Source: Aureliella sp. (GTDB lineage: Bacteria > Planctomycetota > Planctomycetia > Pirellulales > Pirellulaceae). From it: a stretch of 64,000 nt of DNA. Of the stretch, positions 10,395 to 21,429 are shown piece after piece. Where the stretch lies: NCBI GenBank assembly GCA_963691875.1, contig OY829846.1, forward strand, positions 64,001 through 128,000. Reading direction: 5' to 3'. The notes under the pieces were generated by a model. It was given only the letters and a program-made list of their open reading frames with translations, was not told the DNA's origin and did no database searches. Position 1 is the first letter of the stretch; each line of letters begins with the position of its first letter. The translations under genes were made by a program, and so were the position numbers.

Positions 10395-12019
10395 GACGGT
10401 AACGCCAAGGATTTGAGGGCGGGGACGATTAAGTCCTCCGGAAACAAACAGAAGCTAAACTCTCGGGACTCTGCAATCTGCGCCTGCTTGAGTTCCAATT
10501 GTAGGCTCTCAAGTGCGGACTCGTGTTCGGCTTGAAGCGGTGCTGCGAGAGCGGCTAGCTGATCGTTGACTCGTTTTAGTTCGTGGTGCCACTCCCATTT
10601 CTCACCCTTTGGGGGAATGTTAGCTAAGAGCCTTTGCTTCTCGTCCATCAACCGCTTTGCTTTGTCACCCAATCGTCCCACGTGTCGTTCAGCATGAAAG
10701 CGATCTTGCCAACGTGCATTGCGCTGGGAACGAATCTCTCTTTCGATTTCGATACAAGGCCTGCCCGAATCGATCATTGGCAGATGCAGAGTGCTTGTCG
10801 CGACGGCAAAGGGAGGCGGGGCGATGCCGAAGTATTCGGAAAGAATTCCATCCGTGAGTTGATCATATTTGCCACCGCCGATCCCGTGCAAGAACCAGTC
10901 AGCAACGAACAGACGTAGGTACATCGTAGTGAGCAGAGCTCTGGGACGTAGGCAGACGCCGCCAGCCAATAGCTCCAACCATTGAGTCGCCGCGTTGTCG
11001 CAATCGAGCCGCCCATCGATGACTGCTTCCCACCCTGCCCTATCGCTCAAGATCAATTGGTTGTCGAACATTCGGATCCAGAGTCGCTGTCGAGTTGGCG
11101 ATTCCGCGCGATAGAACCACCAAGGGCCTTCCAGCCAGCCGTCCTGCTGTTCAAGAGCGGGAACCGGATGTGCGACGCTTCGGATCTTGTGAGCTTTCCG
11201 ATAGGCATCCAACTGCGAATTGTAGACTTTCTGAAGTCGTGGCAGATTCGACATCAGCTGAATGCTAAACCTTGCGAAGGCCCTTGTGCCGACAAGTTGG
11301 CTGAGCGGTACTTCGAGAGTGTTCAAGCCAAACTCGGACTCAACTTTATGTCTTGCTTGCGCTATGGCTCTTCCCGGCAATCCAAACTGTTTCAGCGACT
11401 CGAGCGTGTGCGGCCAAAGTTTGTGAAGCAATGGTGAGTCGATTCCAACAGTACTCAGATCGGTTTGGACTCTTGATGGGAAGCTGTGCCATTGTTCTGG
11501 GTTCTGCAGACTCCTAAGTTCCCAGGGCATGGAGACACTTCGTTCGTCAAAACGTAGCGACGCAAACTTCAAATGAGCATTCGACTGTCGAGTTGGGACA
11601 CGAATGGCTGTGTCACGACACAAGTCATTGTCCACCAAGAAATTGATCGCTAAGCCGCCAGTCGACTCGGCGAGTTGCGAGAGCAGAAAGTTCTTGAACC
11701 AGACGCCCGAGTGGAAAAGCTCTGGTTGATGTCCAGAAAGAAAGAAGGGCTGCTCTAGATAGTCAGCACTTAGCCTAGAGACGCTCTGGTATTGGGAAGT
11801 ATACTGGACTGCCAGCTTAGCGGCTTCTTGACGGGCAAGACGTCGAGTGTCCTCGAGTGACTTGCCGCAAAATTCCAGCGAGGAGTTGTCATCGAAAGCG
11901 TTGCCTGCAAAAGTCTTGCTCCCCGCCGCTATATCTAGCGCACTAGGTGTGACGAGGCTAGAGTGGTTCTCGCTTGGCGCTCGATAGTTTTGGTAAGTGG
12001 CGGTTATGGTGCCGCTCAT
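10391..12019 (-). CDS. Conserved hypothetical protein, BshC-like (putative ligase)
   Basis: 542 aa; SGHQPELFHSGVWFKN, VDND, LRPRAL, HGIGGGKYD, a coiled coil and SREFSF are colinear with BshC motifs. Confidence 0.6.
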   Translation of the reverse strand: MSGTITATYQNYRAPSENHSSLVTPSALDIAAGSKTFAGNAFDDNSSLEFCGKSLEDTRRLARQEAAKLAVQYTSQYQSVSRLSADYLEQPFFLSGHQPELFHSGVWFKNFLLSQLAESTGGLAINFLVDNDLCRDTAIRVPTRQSNAHLKFASLRFDERSVSMPWELRSLQNPEQWHSFPSRVQTDLSTVGIDSPLLHKLWPHTLESLKQFGLPGRAIAQARHKVESEFGLNTLEVPLSQLVGTRAFARFSIQLMSNLPRLQKVYNSQLDAYRKAHKIRSVAHPVPALEQQDGWLEGPWWFYRAESPTRQRLWIRMFDNQLILSDRAGWEAVIDGRLDCDNAATQWLELLAGGVCLRPRALLTTMYLRLFVADWFLHGIGGGKYDQLTDGILSEYFGIAPPPFAVATSTLHLPMIDSGRPCIEIEREIRSQRNARWQDRFHAERHVGRLGDKAKRLMDEKQRLLANIPPKGEKWEWHHELKRVNDQLAALAAPLQAEHESALESLQLELKQAQIAESREFSFCLFPEDLIVPALKSLALPS

Positions 12020-12762
12020 CTGCAGCCTTGTCCTGCCTTGTGGTGTGATGGGAGCGTGAAGCCTTGGGCTTGCATGGCTTCGACACTCGAATCGATGACT
12101 TCATTGTAATAGGCTAATCGCTTATCCGAGTCATCTAAAGCGCCACCAAAAGATCGGTTCAAATCTAAGTAGATTAACGGAACTGGAACTTCGATAATCC
12201 GCATACCCCGCATTGCTGCCTGGACCCACAATTCCAACGGCATCGCGTAACCCGAGTCTTGGATGTCGAGCTTCTTTAGTGCCTCAACGCGGTACGCCTT
12301 GAACCCGCAGAAGGAGTCTGTCAAGCTCAGGCAGAGCATTTCGTTTAGCTGGCCAGTTATGTGGCGATTGATGAATTGTCGCGAGCTGGGCGGAACGCTA
12401 TCGCCCTTGTACTGCTTCAAGTAGCGACTGCCGGAGACAATATCTGCACCCGCGCAGGCAGAGATGAAGCGTGGAATACGCTGAGGCTGATGCTGACCGT
12501 CACAGTCAAGGGTGACTACGTAGTCGTAATCGTGCTCGATGGCGTATTCGAAAGCCGACTGCAAAGCGGCGCCGTATCCTTTGTTGACTGAGTGTTCGAC
12601 TACGTCGACATCGGACCACCCTGCGAGGCGTTCCGCGGTGCCATCACTCGAGCCGTCATTGACGACCAAAATGTTGTCAGCGTATTTGGACACCTCCTGC
12701 AAAACGTCGTCGACATATCCTTCTTCGTTGAATACTGGCAAGGCTGCGAGCCAATGCGTCAT
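12016..12762 (-). CDS. Glycosyltransferase family 2 (DPM1-like)
   Basis: LPVFNEE, VVNDGSSDGT, NKGYGAAL, TLDCDGQH and CGFKAYR; ATGA overlap with the downstream gene. Confidence 0.9.
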   Translation of the reverse strand: MTHWLAALPVFNEEGYVDDVLQEVSKYADNILVVNDGSSDGTAERLAGWSDVDVVEHSVNKGYGAALQSAFEYAIEHDYDYVVTLDCDGQHQPQRIPRFISACAGADIVSGSRYLKQYKGDSVPPSSRQFINRHITGQLNEMLCLSLTDSFCGFKAYRVEALKKLDIQDSGYAMPLELWVQAAMRGMRIIEVPVPLIYLDLNRSFGGALDDSDKRLAYYNEVIDSSVEAMQAQGFTLPSHHKAGQGCR

Positions 12763-12958
12763 GCTTGTTCCTTCAGTTCAGTCGGCCTGAATGTAGAGGA
12801 ATTCATTCTCAGGGACGCCAAACCACGAAAAGAATGGTTTGGACGCCTGAATTCTAGGCATTATGTCTAGCTCGTCAAAACGCCCGCATAGCTTAGCAGC
12901 AGCTATACGCGATTTCCAAGCGTTTGGAGCTATATTTGAGCCAGTAGCGGGATGGCGG

Positions 12959-14203
12959 CTACTTGAGGAGCTTAATCATGGCGTCACCGAAGCCCGTGCC
13001 GGCTTGGGCGAAGAACCAAGGACTTCCGTAGTAGTGGTAGCCGCGGTCATTTCCGAAATGGCGCCATTTGTCGACATCTTTGTTCCAACCGCCTGGACCG
13101 GTGTAGATCGCGTGAGCCTCCATGTCCCAGTACTGGTCTGTTTCCACGCAGATGACATTGCCTTGAAACTCGGGATAAGTCGGAACCTTGGCTTGCGCCC
13201 GTTTGATGAAGGCTCGCGGCGAATCTTCCTTGATCGGTTCTACTTTGCCTCCGTGACCCATTTGGCCAATGACAAAAGGGAGCTTCGGAGCGTCCAGTTC
13301 TCTGCGCACGTCCCGAATAAAGTGAGCCATGTTTTTTTCATAACTCAGCCAAAATTCATTGTACTGATCGTTCCATCCTTGGAACCAGACAAAGCCCGAC
13401 AGCTCATAGCCTTGGCCGGCATAACCTGGGAAACGAACCTTGAGCTCCGATAAACAATCACGAACTTCCTGCATCATGTTGCGATAGTCAATTCCGTAGT
13501 TAGCTTTGAATTGTTCGACCGTAACTATCTCGCGGGCTTTGAAGGTTCGTGGCCGTTTGGCCTTGCCTCCTTTGGCATTCTCTTTTGCGATGCGCGCGTT
13601 GTACTTTTCAATGCGTGCGGGCTCTTCCTCGTTCCATTTGCGGTTCTTATCGTTCAGAGCCTTCGTCATTGCGGCGAATTCTTCGTCAGAGTGCATGGCT
13701 GACGGAGGCATGAAGCCCTTTGCAATGGCCCGTCCACCCCAAGAGGTCTTGATAATAAGCACTTGTTCGTCGAAGTGATTGCCGACCACATGTCCAAAAT
13801 TCAGTTCTGGGCCGAAGCCGTCTCGTGGAGTGCCATAGCCAACTCTCAGATTGCCACGTCTCTCTAGGTAGTTGATCCAAACGTCTTTGCGTTCGCTCCA
13901 CAGATAAGTTGGAGACTCGCGAGGTTGATCGGCGTCGCGTGTCTCGGCTACTTTTGCCAGGAACGCTTGATAGTCACCGCCTTGAATCAAGTGTGTGTAG
14001 CGGTCACGGTATTGTTCTTGGCCGAGTTGCCAAACCATCGGCTCTGGAAAACCCTTGCCTTGCATATTGGACTGACCAGCAAGGATAAAGACCTTTACAG
14101 GTTTCTTGTTTGTTGATGCCGGGTAGTCTTCAGCGACTGCTCGGGGTGAACTTACGGTTGCGAAAAGGAGGCAAGGTGCGAGGGCGAGATGGACTGGATG
14201 CAT
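12959..14203 (-). CDS. Sialate O-acetylesterase-like SGNH esterase (SASA domain), exported
   Basis: VFILAGQSNM, FGPEL, GFVWFQGWND and YHY; signal peptide. Confidence 0.85.
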   Translation of the reverse strand: MHPVHLALAPCLLFATVSSPRAVAEDYPASTNKKPVKVFILAGQSNMQGKGFPEPMVWQLGQEQYRDRYTHLIQGGDYQAFLAKVAETRDADQPRESPTYLWSERKDVWINYLERRGNLRVGYGTPRDGFGPELNFGHVVGNHFDEQVLIIKTSWGGRAIAKGFMPPSAMHSDEEFAAMTKALNDKNRKWNEEEPARIEKYNARIAKENAKGGKAKRPRTFKAREIVTVEQFKANYGIDYRNMMQEVRDCLSELKVRFPGYAGQGYELSGFVWFQGWNDQYNEFWLSYEKNMAHFIRDVRRELDAPKLPFVIGQMGHGGKVEPIKEDSPRAFIKRAQAKVPTYPEFQGNVICVETDQYWDMEAHAIYTGPGGWNKDVDKWRHFGNDRGYHYYGSPWFFAQAGTGFGDAMIKLLK

Positions 14204-14671
14204 TTCTGTGACTTGGTGAGGTAGGAAGGATATCGCAAGCAAGACAGTGTGAGCGGCTTAGTCGCAAGTGTAGGGTGTTGTGTGTGGGCGAAAGCAAGCC
14301 AGAGCAAGCCGGCGACTACGGCTGGAAGTAAACGAGAATCGTGCGTTAAAACGGCACTAAACGATGCCTCGCAACGGTTTAAGTCCCATCGTAACAAGAA
14401 AAAAGCCGTGCCTGCTGAGGGAGCAAACATGGCTTCTAGATTCTCGCCAAAAAGGCGGTGTGCGAGAATCGAGGGTCTTAGGGGTTCGTCCTCTGCTGAG
14501 GATAGAGAACGAGCCTGAAAGGTCTTGGGTGACGAAGGAAAGAGCGGCAAAAGCCTTTACTCCAAAAGCAAGCAGCTAAATGGAGTGCTCCAACAACGAG
14601 CGGCTAAAGCGTTTCATTCGGTGGATAGGCCAATTGAGACAATTGACCTAATCGGATGCCTTACCTTGCGA

Positions 14672-16336
14672 TTAGCCTTGGGCAGCTTCCGTCTCAAATG
14701 CGGCTGGATCAAGGCCGTCGATGAAGCTCATCAAGGCCTTGTTGCGATAAGGCTGCTGGAGCTTGCGTACTGCCTTGCTTTCGATTTGACGAACACGCTC
14801 ACGGGTCACAGAGAAGATGCGACCGACTTCTTCCAAAGTGTAAGCGTAGCCGTCAGCCAAGCCGTAACGTAGTCGGAGAATTTCACGCTCGCGGTAGTTA
14901 AGCGTTTGCATTGCTTCGTCGATGTGATGCTTCAGGGACTCTTGGTTTGCCTCGTACAACGGATCATCGTCGCGATGATCTTCCAGGAACTCACCGAAGT
15001 AGCTGTCGTCGTGATCGCCAACCGGCTGGTCGAGCGAAAGTGGCTGACGGGCCATTTTCATAATGACGCGAGCGTCGTCGATCGAAAGGCCAGCTCGTTC
15101 TGCCGTTTCTTCGACAGATGGCTCGCGACCAAGTTCTTGAACAAGTTGTCGCGTTACCATGCGAACCTTGGTCATAGTGTCGATCATGTGAACCGGAACG
15201 CGGATGGTTCGGCTCTGGTCGGCAATGGCTCGGGTGATAGCTTGGCGAATCCACCAAGTCGCGTAAGTCGAGAATTTGAAGCCACGCTCGTGCTCGAACT
15301 TGTCGACGGCTCTCATCAGACCCGTATTACCCTCTTGGATCAAGTCCAGGAAGCTCAGGCCGCGGTTGCGATACTTCTTAGCGATGGAGACAACTAGTCG
15401 TAAGTTGCCAGCAGACAGCTCACGTTTGGCTGCATCGTAAGCGACGCGGTTGGTGCCTACTCGCTCAACACGGCGGCGCAATGTCTTTGGGCTTTCGTAT
15501 GTGATTCGCATTAGGTAGCGAAGTTCTTCGAGTTGTTGGTTGTAGTTAGGGTCTTGCGTAATACCACGTTCACGAGCAGCTTCGATCTGACTTTTCAGCG
15601 TGCGGATGCGCGCTTCGATGGACTCCAGCTTCTCGAACAATGGCTCGAGACGATTCGTTCGCAGGTTCATCTCTTCGACGAGGCGGACGCAGCGGTTGCG
15701 ACGACGAGTTAGGCGACGCCACGCGTCTTGACGAACTTCTTTGCGAAGCTTCTTGTTGATCGCGGTGAAGTAATCGTGGTAGTTGAGGATCAACAAGTGA
15801 CGAAGCGTGTTTATGTTAGGCACGATTCGCTTCATGATCGCTTTCTTCTCGGTTGCGTTGGTCACGCTAACCTCGATGGTACGATCCAGTCGAAGCTTGC
15901 TATCGCGAACCTGCTCAAGCAACTTGCAAGCACCTTGCAGCATGAAGTCGGTTGCCAGCATCCAGTGGCGGTACTTGCTGCGAGTCCCCTCAATCTTCTG
16001 AGCCGAAGCAATTTCTTCTTGACGGGTCAGCAATGGGATCTGTCCCATTTGCATCAAATACATGCGAACTGGATCGTCAGTGCTTTCGACTTCTTCGGTG
16101 AGCTCTTCTAGATCACCTTCTTCGATCTCGCCATCTAGATCTAGCTCTTCGTCTTCTTCATCACGTTGACGCGAGCGATTGTTATTGTTGTATCCAATGG
16201 TGCGACCAAATTCTTTGTCCATTCCTTCGAAGTCGCGTTCGAGGCCGTCTTCCAATCCAGCTTGTCCTTGAAAACTCTTGTTCATGTCGACCCTCAGCGG
16301 CAGAGTGTTTGTCTTAGAGTGGCTGGTTGTTGTCAT
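14672..16336 (-). CDS. rpoD: RNA polymerase sigma-70 factor, RpoD/SigA-like
   Basis: [12 protein letters not shown] (region 1.2), [33 protein letters not shown] and TRERVRQIE (region 4.2). May be one of several RpoD paralogues. Confidence 0.9.
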   Translation of the reverse strand: MTTTSHSKTNTLPLRVDMNKSFQGQAGLEDGLERDFEGMDKEFGRTIGYNNNNRSRQRDEEDEELDLDGEIEEGDLEELTEEVESTDDPVRMYLMQMGQIPLLTRQEEIASAQKIEGTRSKYRHWMLATDFMLQGACKLLEQVRDSKLRLDRTIEVSVTNATEKKAIMKRIVPNINTLRHLLILNYHDYFTAINKKLRKEVRQDAWRRLTRRRNRCVRLVEEMNLRTNRLEPLFEKLESIEARIRTLKSQIEAARERGITQDPNYNQQLEELRYLMRITYESPKTLRRRVERVGTNRVAYDAAKRELSAGNLRLVVSIAKKYRNRGLSFLDLIQEGNTGLMRAVDKFEHERGFKFSTYATWWIRQAITRAIADQSRTIRVPVHMIDTMTKVRMVTRQLVQELGREPSVEETAERAGLSIDDARVIMKMARQPLSLDQPVGDHDDSYFGEFLEDHRDDDPLYEANQESLKHHIDEAMQTLNYREREILRLRYGLADGYAYTLEEVGRIFSVTRERVRQIESKAVRKLQQPYRNKALMSFIDGLDPAAFETEAAQG

Positions 16337-16791
16337 GCCACGTGTGCCTTTCGAGAGTGGGAAGAATGCAGGCCGAGTGCCAAAAGTTCAAACTGCGTTC
16401 GGGAATTGCCGGAAGTCCCTGGGCTGCAGTAACTTACGTGCTCATGACACCAATTTCGGTTGCTATGGAAGGTTGAATAATCGCAACCTAGGGAGGAAAG
16501 AGAGGCGTCAAGTGTTGCCTAGGATCAACACTATTTATCTATTTTTCCCATATTGGCTATGTTGCGTCAATCGCCTCCTCGCTGTTTTGGAGATATCAGC
16601 CGGTCAGATTTACCATGCGGAAACTTTTACTAGGATGCGGGCAAGCTTCCTAAGTTCCCCAGGTTCAAGGAAAGATGGCAGCGTGCAGAAAGAGACTGGC
16701 ACGCACGCTTTTGAGAAATTCATGGCTTTGAAACTAGCTGTGGACGCGGAAACGCGTTCATAAGAAAGGCTAAAGGCACTGTCCTGAATGA

Positions 16792-16853
16792 CACAACCCG
16801 ACGCGTCAGCGAGGAATGCTGGATTCGTTTCCTCGCTGACGCGTCGGGTTGTG
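16792..16853. repeat. Perfect 25-bp inverted repeat (REP-like hairpin, possible terminator for pepF)
   Basis: CACAACCCGACGCGTCAGCGAGGAA, 12-nt loop, TTCCTCGCTGACGCGTCGGGTTGTG. Confidence 0.85.
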
Positions 16854-16882
16854 AATGCCCTTGCAACGCCGGGGATTAGCGG

Positions 16883-18703
16883 TCAATCAGTCGTCAGCGC
16901 GTCCAGCTCCTTCACGAGATCACCGAAGTACTGCAACGCTGTTTCGACGGGTTCTGGAGTCGCCATATCAACGCCAGCATCACGCAGCAAATCAAGTGGA
17001 TCTTTGGAACAGCCGCCCTTCAGGAATCCCAGGTAGTCATTCAGTTCCTGCTGTCCGCCTTGAAGAACGCGACGCGAAAGTGCGACAGCGGCAGACAGCC
17101 CAGTCGCGTATTTATAAACATAGAAGGCTCGATAGAAGTGCGGGATGCGAAAGCACTCCAGTGAAAGCTCGTCGTCAATGACGAAGTTCGGGCCAAAGTA
17201 GGCTTCAAGCAACTTTCGATAAGCCGCCTTGAGCGATTCCGTGGTGAGCGGTTCTCCCGCCTCAGCCATTTCGTGTGTCTTCTTTTCAAACTCCGCAAAC
17301 ATTGTTTGCCGAACAATCGTGGCTCGAAGGCTATCGACTTCGTGATTGAGCAAATAAGCCTTGAAGCGATCATCGGTCGAATTTTCCAGAAGATAATGAG
17401 TCAACAATTGCTCGTTAAATGTGCTGGCAACTTCAGCGACAAAGATTGTGTAGTTGTAATACTGGAAAGGCTGCTGCTTGGCCGAGTAATAGCTATGCAT
17501 CGAGTGGCCAGCTTCGTGCGTCAATGTGAACAAATCATTGAGTACCGCAGGCTTGTAGTTCATCAAAATGTATGGATCGCCATCGAAGGTGCCGCAGCTG
17601 AATGCGCCACTTTGCTTGTTTTGGTTCGGATAGCGGTCACACCAGCGGCCAGCCAATCCTTGACGCAAAGCATCGCAATATTCGGTTCCGAGCGGCTGGA
17701 GTGAAGCAACTACAGTTTCTACAGCTTCGTCCCATTCGCGATTCTGTTCCAAGTCGGACAAAATTGGCACGTAAGTATCGTAGTGGTGGATGTCGTCCAA
17801 CCCCATCTTGCGGCGCCGCATGTCAAAGTAGCTATGGACTGCTGGCAAGTTATTGCGCACCGAAGTGATCAAGCTGTCATAGACGCTTTGCGGAACATTG
17901 TCAGGGAAGAGGGCGCCACCGAGGCTGGAATCGTATCGGCGAGCACGGGCGTAGTAGACGTCGCTGTGGATACTACCAGCCAGAGTCGCAGCGAGAGTGT
18001 TTTCGTGTGCAGAGAATTGCTCGTAATATTGATGGAAGGCTGCTTTGCGGACTTCGCGGGAAGGCGATATAAGAAATTGCGAGAAAGTAGCATTCGTCAG
18101 CTCGCACATCGTGCCTTGCTCGTCTTCGAGCTGGCCGAATTTCATGTCCGCGTCGTGTAATTGGCCGAAGACCTTGCTAGCTGTCTGCGCCATCTCGCCT
18201 TGCATCGCGAGCAACTCTTCTTCCGAGTCGGTCAAGGTATGGTCGCGATAGCGCGTGATGCGTTCCAGGCTCAACCGGAAGTCGGCCAGCTCATCTGAGG
18301 CCAGGTATGCGTCCATCGTTTCCTTGGGAATCGCCAAGATTTCCGGTCGCATGTACGCAGCGATCTGTCCGGCCCTCACCGCGACATTCTGAAAGCGAGC
18401 CATCAGCGCTTGATAGGCATCTGCGGTCTGGTCCTCGGTTGTCTTAAGAAAGGCGTAGGTGCCTAGTCGCTCGGCCAGACGATCGATGCTTTGATCAAAG
18501 TCCAGGCAAGCACGCAAAGCGTTGGGGCCGTCGCCAAGCTTGCCGCGAAAATCCGCGTACTTCTCAATCTTTTGTTCGAACTTGGCGAAGTCCGTTTCCC
18601 AATCCCCGTCCGACGCGTAGAGGCTGGTGAGGTCCCAGCAATCGCCCGGATCGACATCGGACCGAGCAGGAACAGTTTTGACTTCCAATGTAGCGTCATT
18701 CAT
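16883..18703 (-). CDS. pepF: Oligoendopeptidase F (peptidase M3B)
   Basis: WDLTSLY, KQSGAF, THEAGHSMH (HExxH), AEVASTFNE and RIPHFY. Confidence 0.95.
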   Translation of the reverse strand: MNDATLEVKTVPARSDVDPGDCWDLTSLYASDGDWETDFAKFEQKIEKYADFRGKLGDGPNALRACLDFDQSIDRLAERLGTYAFLKTTEDQTADAYQALMARFQNVAVRAGQIAAYMRPEILAIPKETMDAYLASDELADFRLSLERITRYRDHTLTDSEEELLAMQGEMAQTASKVFGQLHDADMKFGQLEDEQGTMCELTNATFSQFLISPSREVRKAAFHQYYEQFSAHENTLAATLAGSIHSDVYYARARRYDSSLGGALFPDNVPQSVYDSLITSVRNNLPAVHSYFDMRRRKMGLDDIHHYDTYVPILSDLEQNREWDEAVETVVASLQPLGTEYCDALRQGLAGRWCDRYPNQNKQSGAFSCGTFDGDPYILMNYKPAVLNDLFTLTHEAGHSMHSYYSAKQQPFQYYNYTIFVAEVASTFNEQLLTHYLLENSTDDRFKAYLLNHEVDSLRATIVRQTMFAEFEKKTHEMAEAGEPLTTESLKAAYRKLLEAYFGPNFVIDDELSLECFRIPHFYRAFYVYKYATGLSAAVALSRRVLQGGQQELNDYLGFLKGGCSKDPLDLLRDAGVDMATPEPVETALQYFGDLVKELDALTTD

Positions 18704-19114
18704 GGAGAATTCCTTTTGTCCCGGTCTGACCATTTCTGGCCAATCTGCCGCGGAGGTTAAAGTTGTGTTTGGATGTATAGCAGAGCGTTAGCTAAGCAAA
18801 CGTGTCGCAAAGCAAACGTTACCTAAAGGACTTGCGATAATAATCACTGGCTATCGTACAGGATGCAGCGAATCCTTTGTATGCGGTCTTGGCTAGCAAT
18901 GTAGATCGCCGTTGCGCGTTGTCTTTCCGTCTCACACGCTTCTCGCCGGTAGCTAAGCATTGCAATCTGAAGGTAAAAGAAGGTATATCAAGCTGCTGCA
19001 GTTATAATGGCGTGCTGCGTCGCAACCGCTATTCGCTTTCTGGCGAAGGCGACGGCGGTAGATCCTAAAAACTGCCCAGCCTACCCTTAATCTGTTTCAA
19101 GAAGGATCAAGACT

Positions 19115-21394
19115 GTGATCGCGTTTTCCTCGCAACGAATTCGAGTCTGGATTCCAATTCTCTTTGGAATGTTTGTTGTAGGCATCCCGCAGGAAAAAAT
19201 GGATGCGCAAGAAACAAAACCCAAGGAAAAAGTGGTCGTCCAATGGTCATCAAAGCCCATCGACGAGGAGGTTGAAGTCGCGGAAAAATCGATTGATAAG
19301 AAAGTGGTTTCACCGGTAGTCGTGCTGGAAGCACTTGAACCCATCCGACTTGAGGAAGTGGTGAAGATGCAGCCCGCTTTGCCGAGCAAGGTTTGGCCAG
19401 CTACGCAAGGTAACGAAGTTCCTACGCCGCAAACGATCCTCGTTCAGCGACCTCAAGTGAAGGTTGGCGGCAATATTGTATTGGGTGATCCCGAGCCAGT
19501 TCTGCTCGCGGCGGCACAGCGTGGCCGAGGCGGAAGAGTTCAACAGCCAGCCAAGGAAGCTCCCAAAGCAGAAGCTCCTAAAGCGCGTCAGCCTCAAGAT
19601 CAAGATCTTCGTCAAATGCGTCGCACGGAGAGCAGTGGTGGCGCTGGTGGGCGAGGACCTGCGCCTCGAGGACCAGTTTACGATGGTTTGCCACGCGGAG
19701 AAGTGAAAGGACCTGAACGACTAGAAAGAGCTCGGCCAGACCAAAAGAAAATGCAGCAAGAATCGGATGACGAGCACGCAGCAAGACGAGCGGCATTTTT
19801 CGAGCAATTGAGATCTCGGGGCGGCTTCGGCGGTGCGCGCGGAGGCGGGGCACGAGGTCCGCAGACGGATCGACCACCTCAGCGAGATCGCGATATAGCT
19901 CGCTCTGAGGGCTTTGGTCGGTGGGAGTCTCGCGATCACGAAGGCGAAGGCTCGAGATTCCGCTGGTACGAGTTCCGCTCGGAAGGTGATGGAGAAAACG
20001 GTCCAAAAGAACGCCGCATGCGAATTCGAGTACTCGGTGATGAACGTCATGGCGAGCACGATCATGAGCATGGACCTCGTGAGCACGGGCACGAACTACA
20101 CGACCACGATCATGAAATGCACGAGCATGATCATCCTCACGAAATGGAGTTTGATATCGAAGTGCACGGCGAGCATGAGATGCACCACGATCGCGATATG
20201 CACCACGAGGACGAAGAAGAGTTCGCGCATGGCTTCGATTTGGACGAAATCCTCGAATCCAAGGGCATTCAGAAGATCCTCAGCTTGATGCAAGAGAACT
20301 TCAAGATGCACGCAAAGCTCGAGTTGCTTGAGGCCAAGAGTGATTTGCGCGTCGAAGCGGTCGAGAAGGAATTTGGTTTCAAAGCGGAGCTCATGGAACG
20401 ACAAATCCATGAACTCGAAGAAGCACTTTCTGAAACTACCGAGGCTTTAGAAGATTCAGATGAGGACAAAGGCCGAGCTCATGACCTTGAGGCAATGGTG
20501 GATGAATTGGCCCATCAAAATGAAGCACTTCACAAAGAGCTGGATCACCTCCGCCGTCGCGCTGAAGAGAGTCGTGACCACGCGGATAGAAGTAACGCTG
20601 AATTGATGGAGCTTCGTTCGCGACTTCGCCAGATGGAAGAGGAAACGAATCAGCTGAAAGAGCGCCTTCGTGACACGGCACGGGAGCTGGAGGAAGCCCA
20701 AGATGGCTCTGCCGAGCTAAGTAATGAGAAGCAGAGGTTGGCCCGCGCTAACGAAGAAATCGAAGAGATGATGGAGAAAATGGAGAAAGAGAAACTCCAG
20801 CTTCACAACGAGCGATCGATGTTGAAGGAAAAGGCGATGAAGTTCATTAAGGAAGACACGCGTGAGCTCAATGAGGACAAGTTGAGAGCCATGCAGACGG
20901 TGGTCGAGAAACTGACCAATGAGAGAGACCAAGCCATCAAGGATGTGAAACTGATGTCTCAAGCGGCCAGCAAGTCTTCTAGCGAAATTCACGATAAACT
21001 TGCCGCGGAAAATGCTTCGCTTCGAAAGTCGCTGCAAGTAATGGAATTAGAACTGCACCAGAAGAGTTCTACGCCAAGCCCGTCTGAAATACAGAAGCTA
21101 GAGCTTGAGCTTGGTCGCTCCCGGCGAACCGCATCGGATTTGGAAAGCAGGGTCAAGGAAATATTGCAGCAACGGGCGAAGCAAGAGCTTGAGGTCAAGG
21201 ATCTTCGCGCTGCCTACGATCGAACGAAGACTCAGTCCGTCAAACAACTGCAAGCAGCTGAAGCAATGATTCGTGACTTGCAAAAGAAGCTTGCTGTCTC
21301 AGAACAAAAGATGGAAGTGGAAAAGCGGAAGCAGCAAAGTGAGAAGAAGTCTGAGGCTCGCAAAAAAAAGAGTCCGAAGAAGCCAAATGAATAA
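19115..21394 (+). CDS. Hypothetical exported protein with RG-rich, His-rich and long coiled-coil segments
   Basis: 759-aa ORF; hydrophobic N-terminus, GGFGGARGGG, HGEHDHEHGPREHGHELHDHDHEMHEHDH, heptad-rich C-terminal half. Confidence 0.75.
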   Translation: MIAFSSQRIRVWIPILFGMFVVGIPQEKMDAQETKPKEKVVVQWSSKPIDEEVEVAEKSIDKKVVSPVVVLEALEPIRLEEVVKMQPALPSKVWPATQGNEVPTPQTILVQRPQVKVGGNIVLGDPEPVLLAAAQRGRGGRVQQPAKEAPKAEAPKARQPQDQDLRQMRRTESSGGAGGRGPAPRGPVYDGLPRGEVKGPERLERARPDQKKMQQESDDEHAARRAAFFEQLRSRGGFGGARGGGARGPQTDRPPQRDRDIARSEGFGRWESRDHEGEGSRFRWYEFRSEGDGENGPKERRMRIRVLGDERHGEHDHEHGPREHGHELHDHDHEMHEHDHPHEMEFDIEVHGEHEMHHDRDMHHEDEEEFAHGFDLDEILESKGIQKILSLMQENFKMHAKLELLEAKSDLRVEAVEKEFGFKAELMERQIHELEEALSETTEALEDSDEDKGRAHDLEAMVDELAHQNEALHKELDHLRRRAEESRDHADRSNAELMELRSRLRQMEEETNQLKERLRDTARELEEAQDGSAELSNEKQRLARANEEIEEMMEKMEKEKLQLHNERSMLKEKAMKFIKEDTRELNEDKLRAMQTVVEKLTNERDQAIKDVKLMSQAASKSSSEIHDKLAAENASLRKSLQVMELELHQKSSTPSPSEIQKLELELGRSRRTASDLESRVKEILQQRAKQELEVKDLRAAYDRTKTQSVKQLQAAEAMIRDLQKKLAVSEQKMEVEKRKQQSEKKSEARKKKSPKKPNE

Positions 21395-21429
21395 GTACAT
21401 TGATTGGCACTGAGATCGATGCCGGAAAT

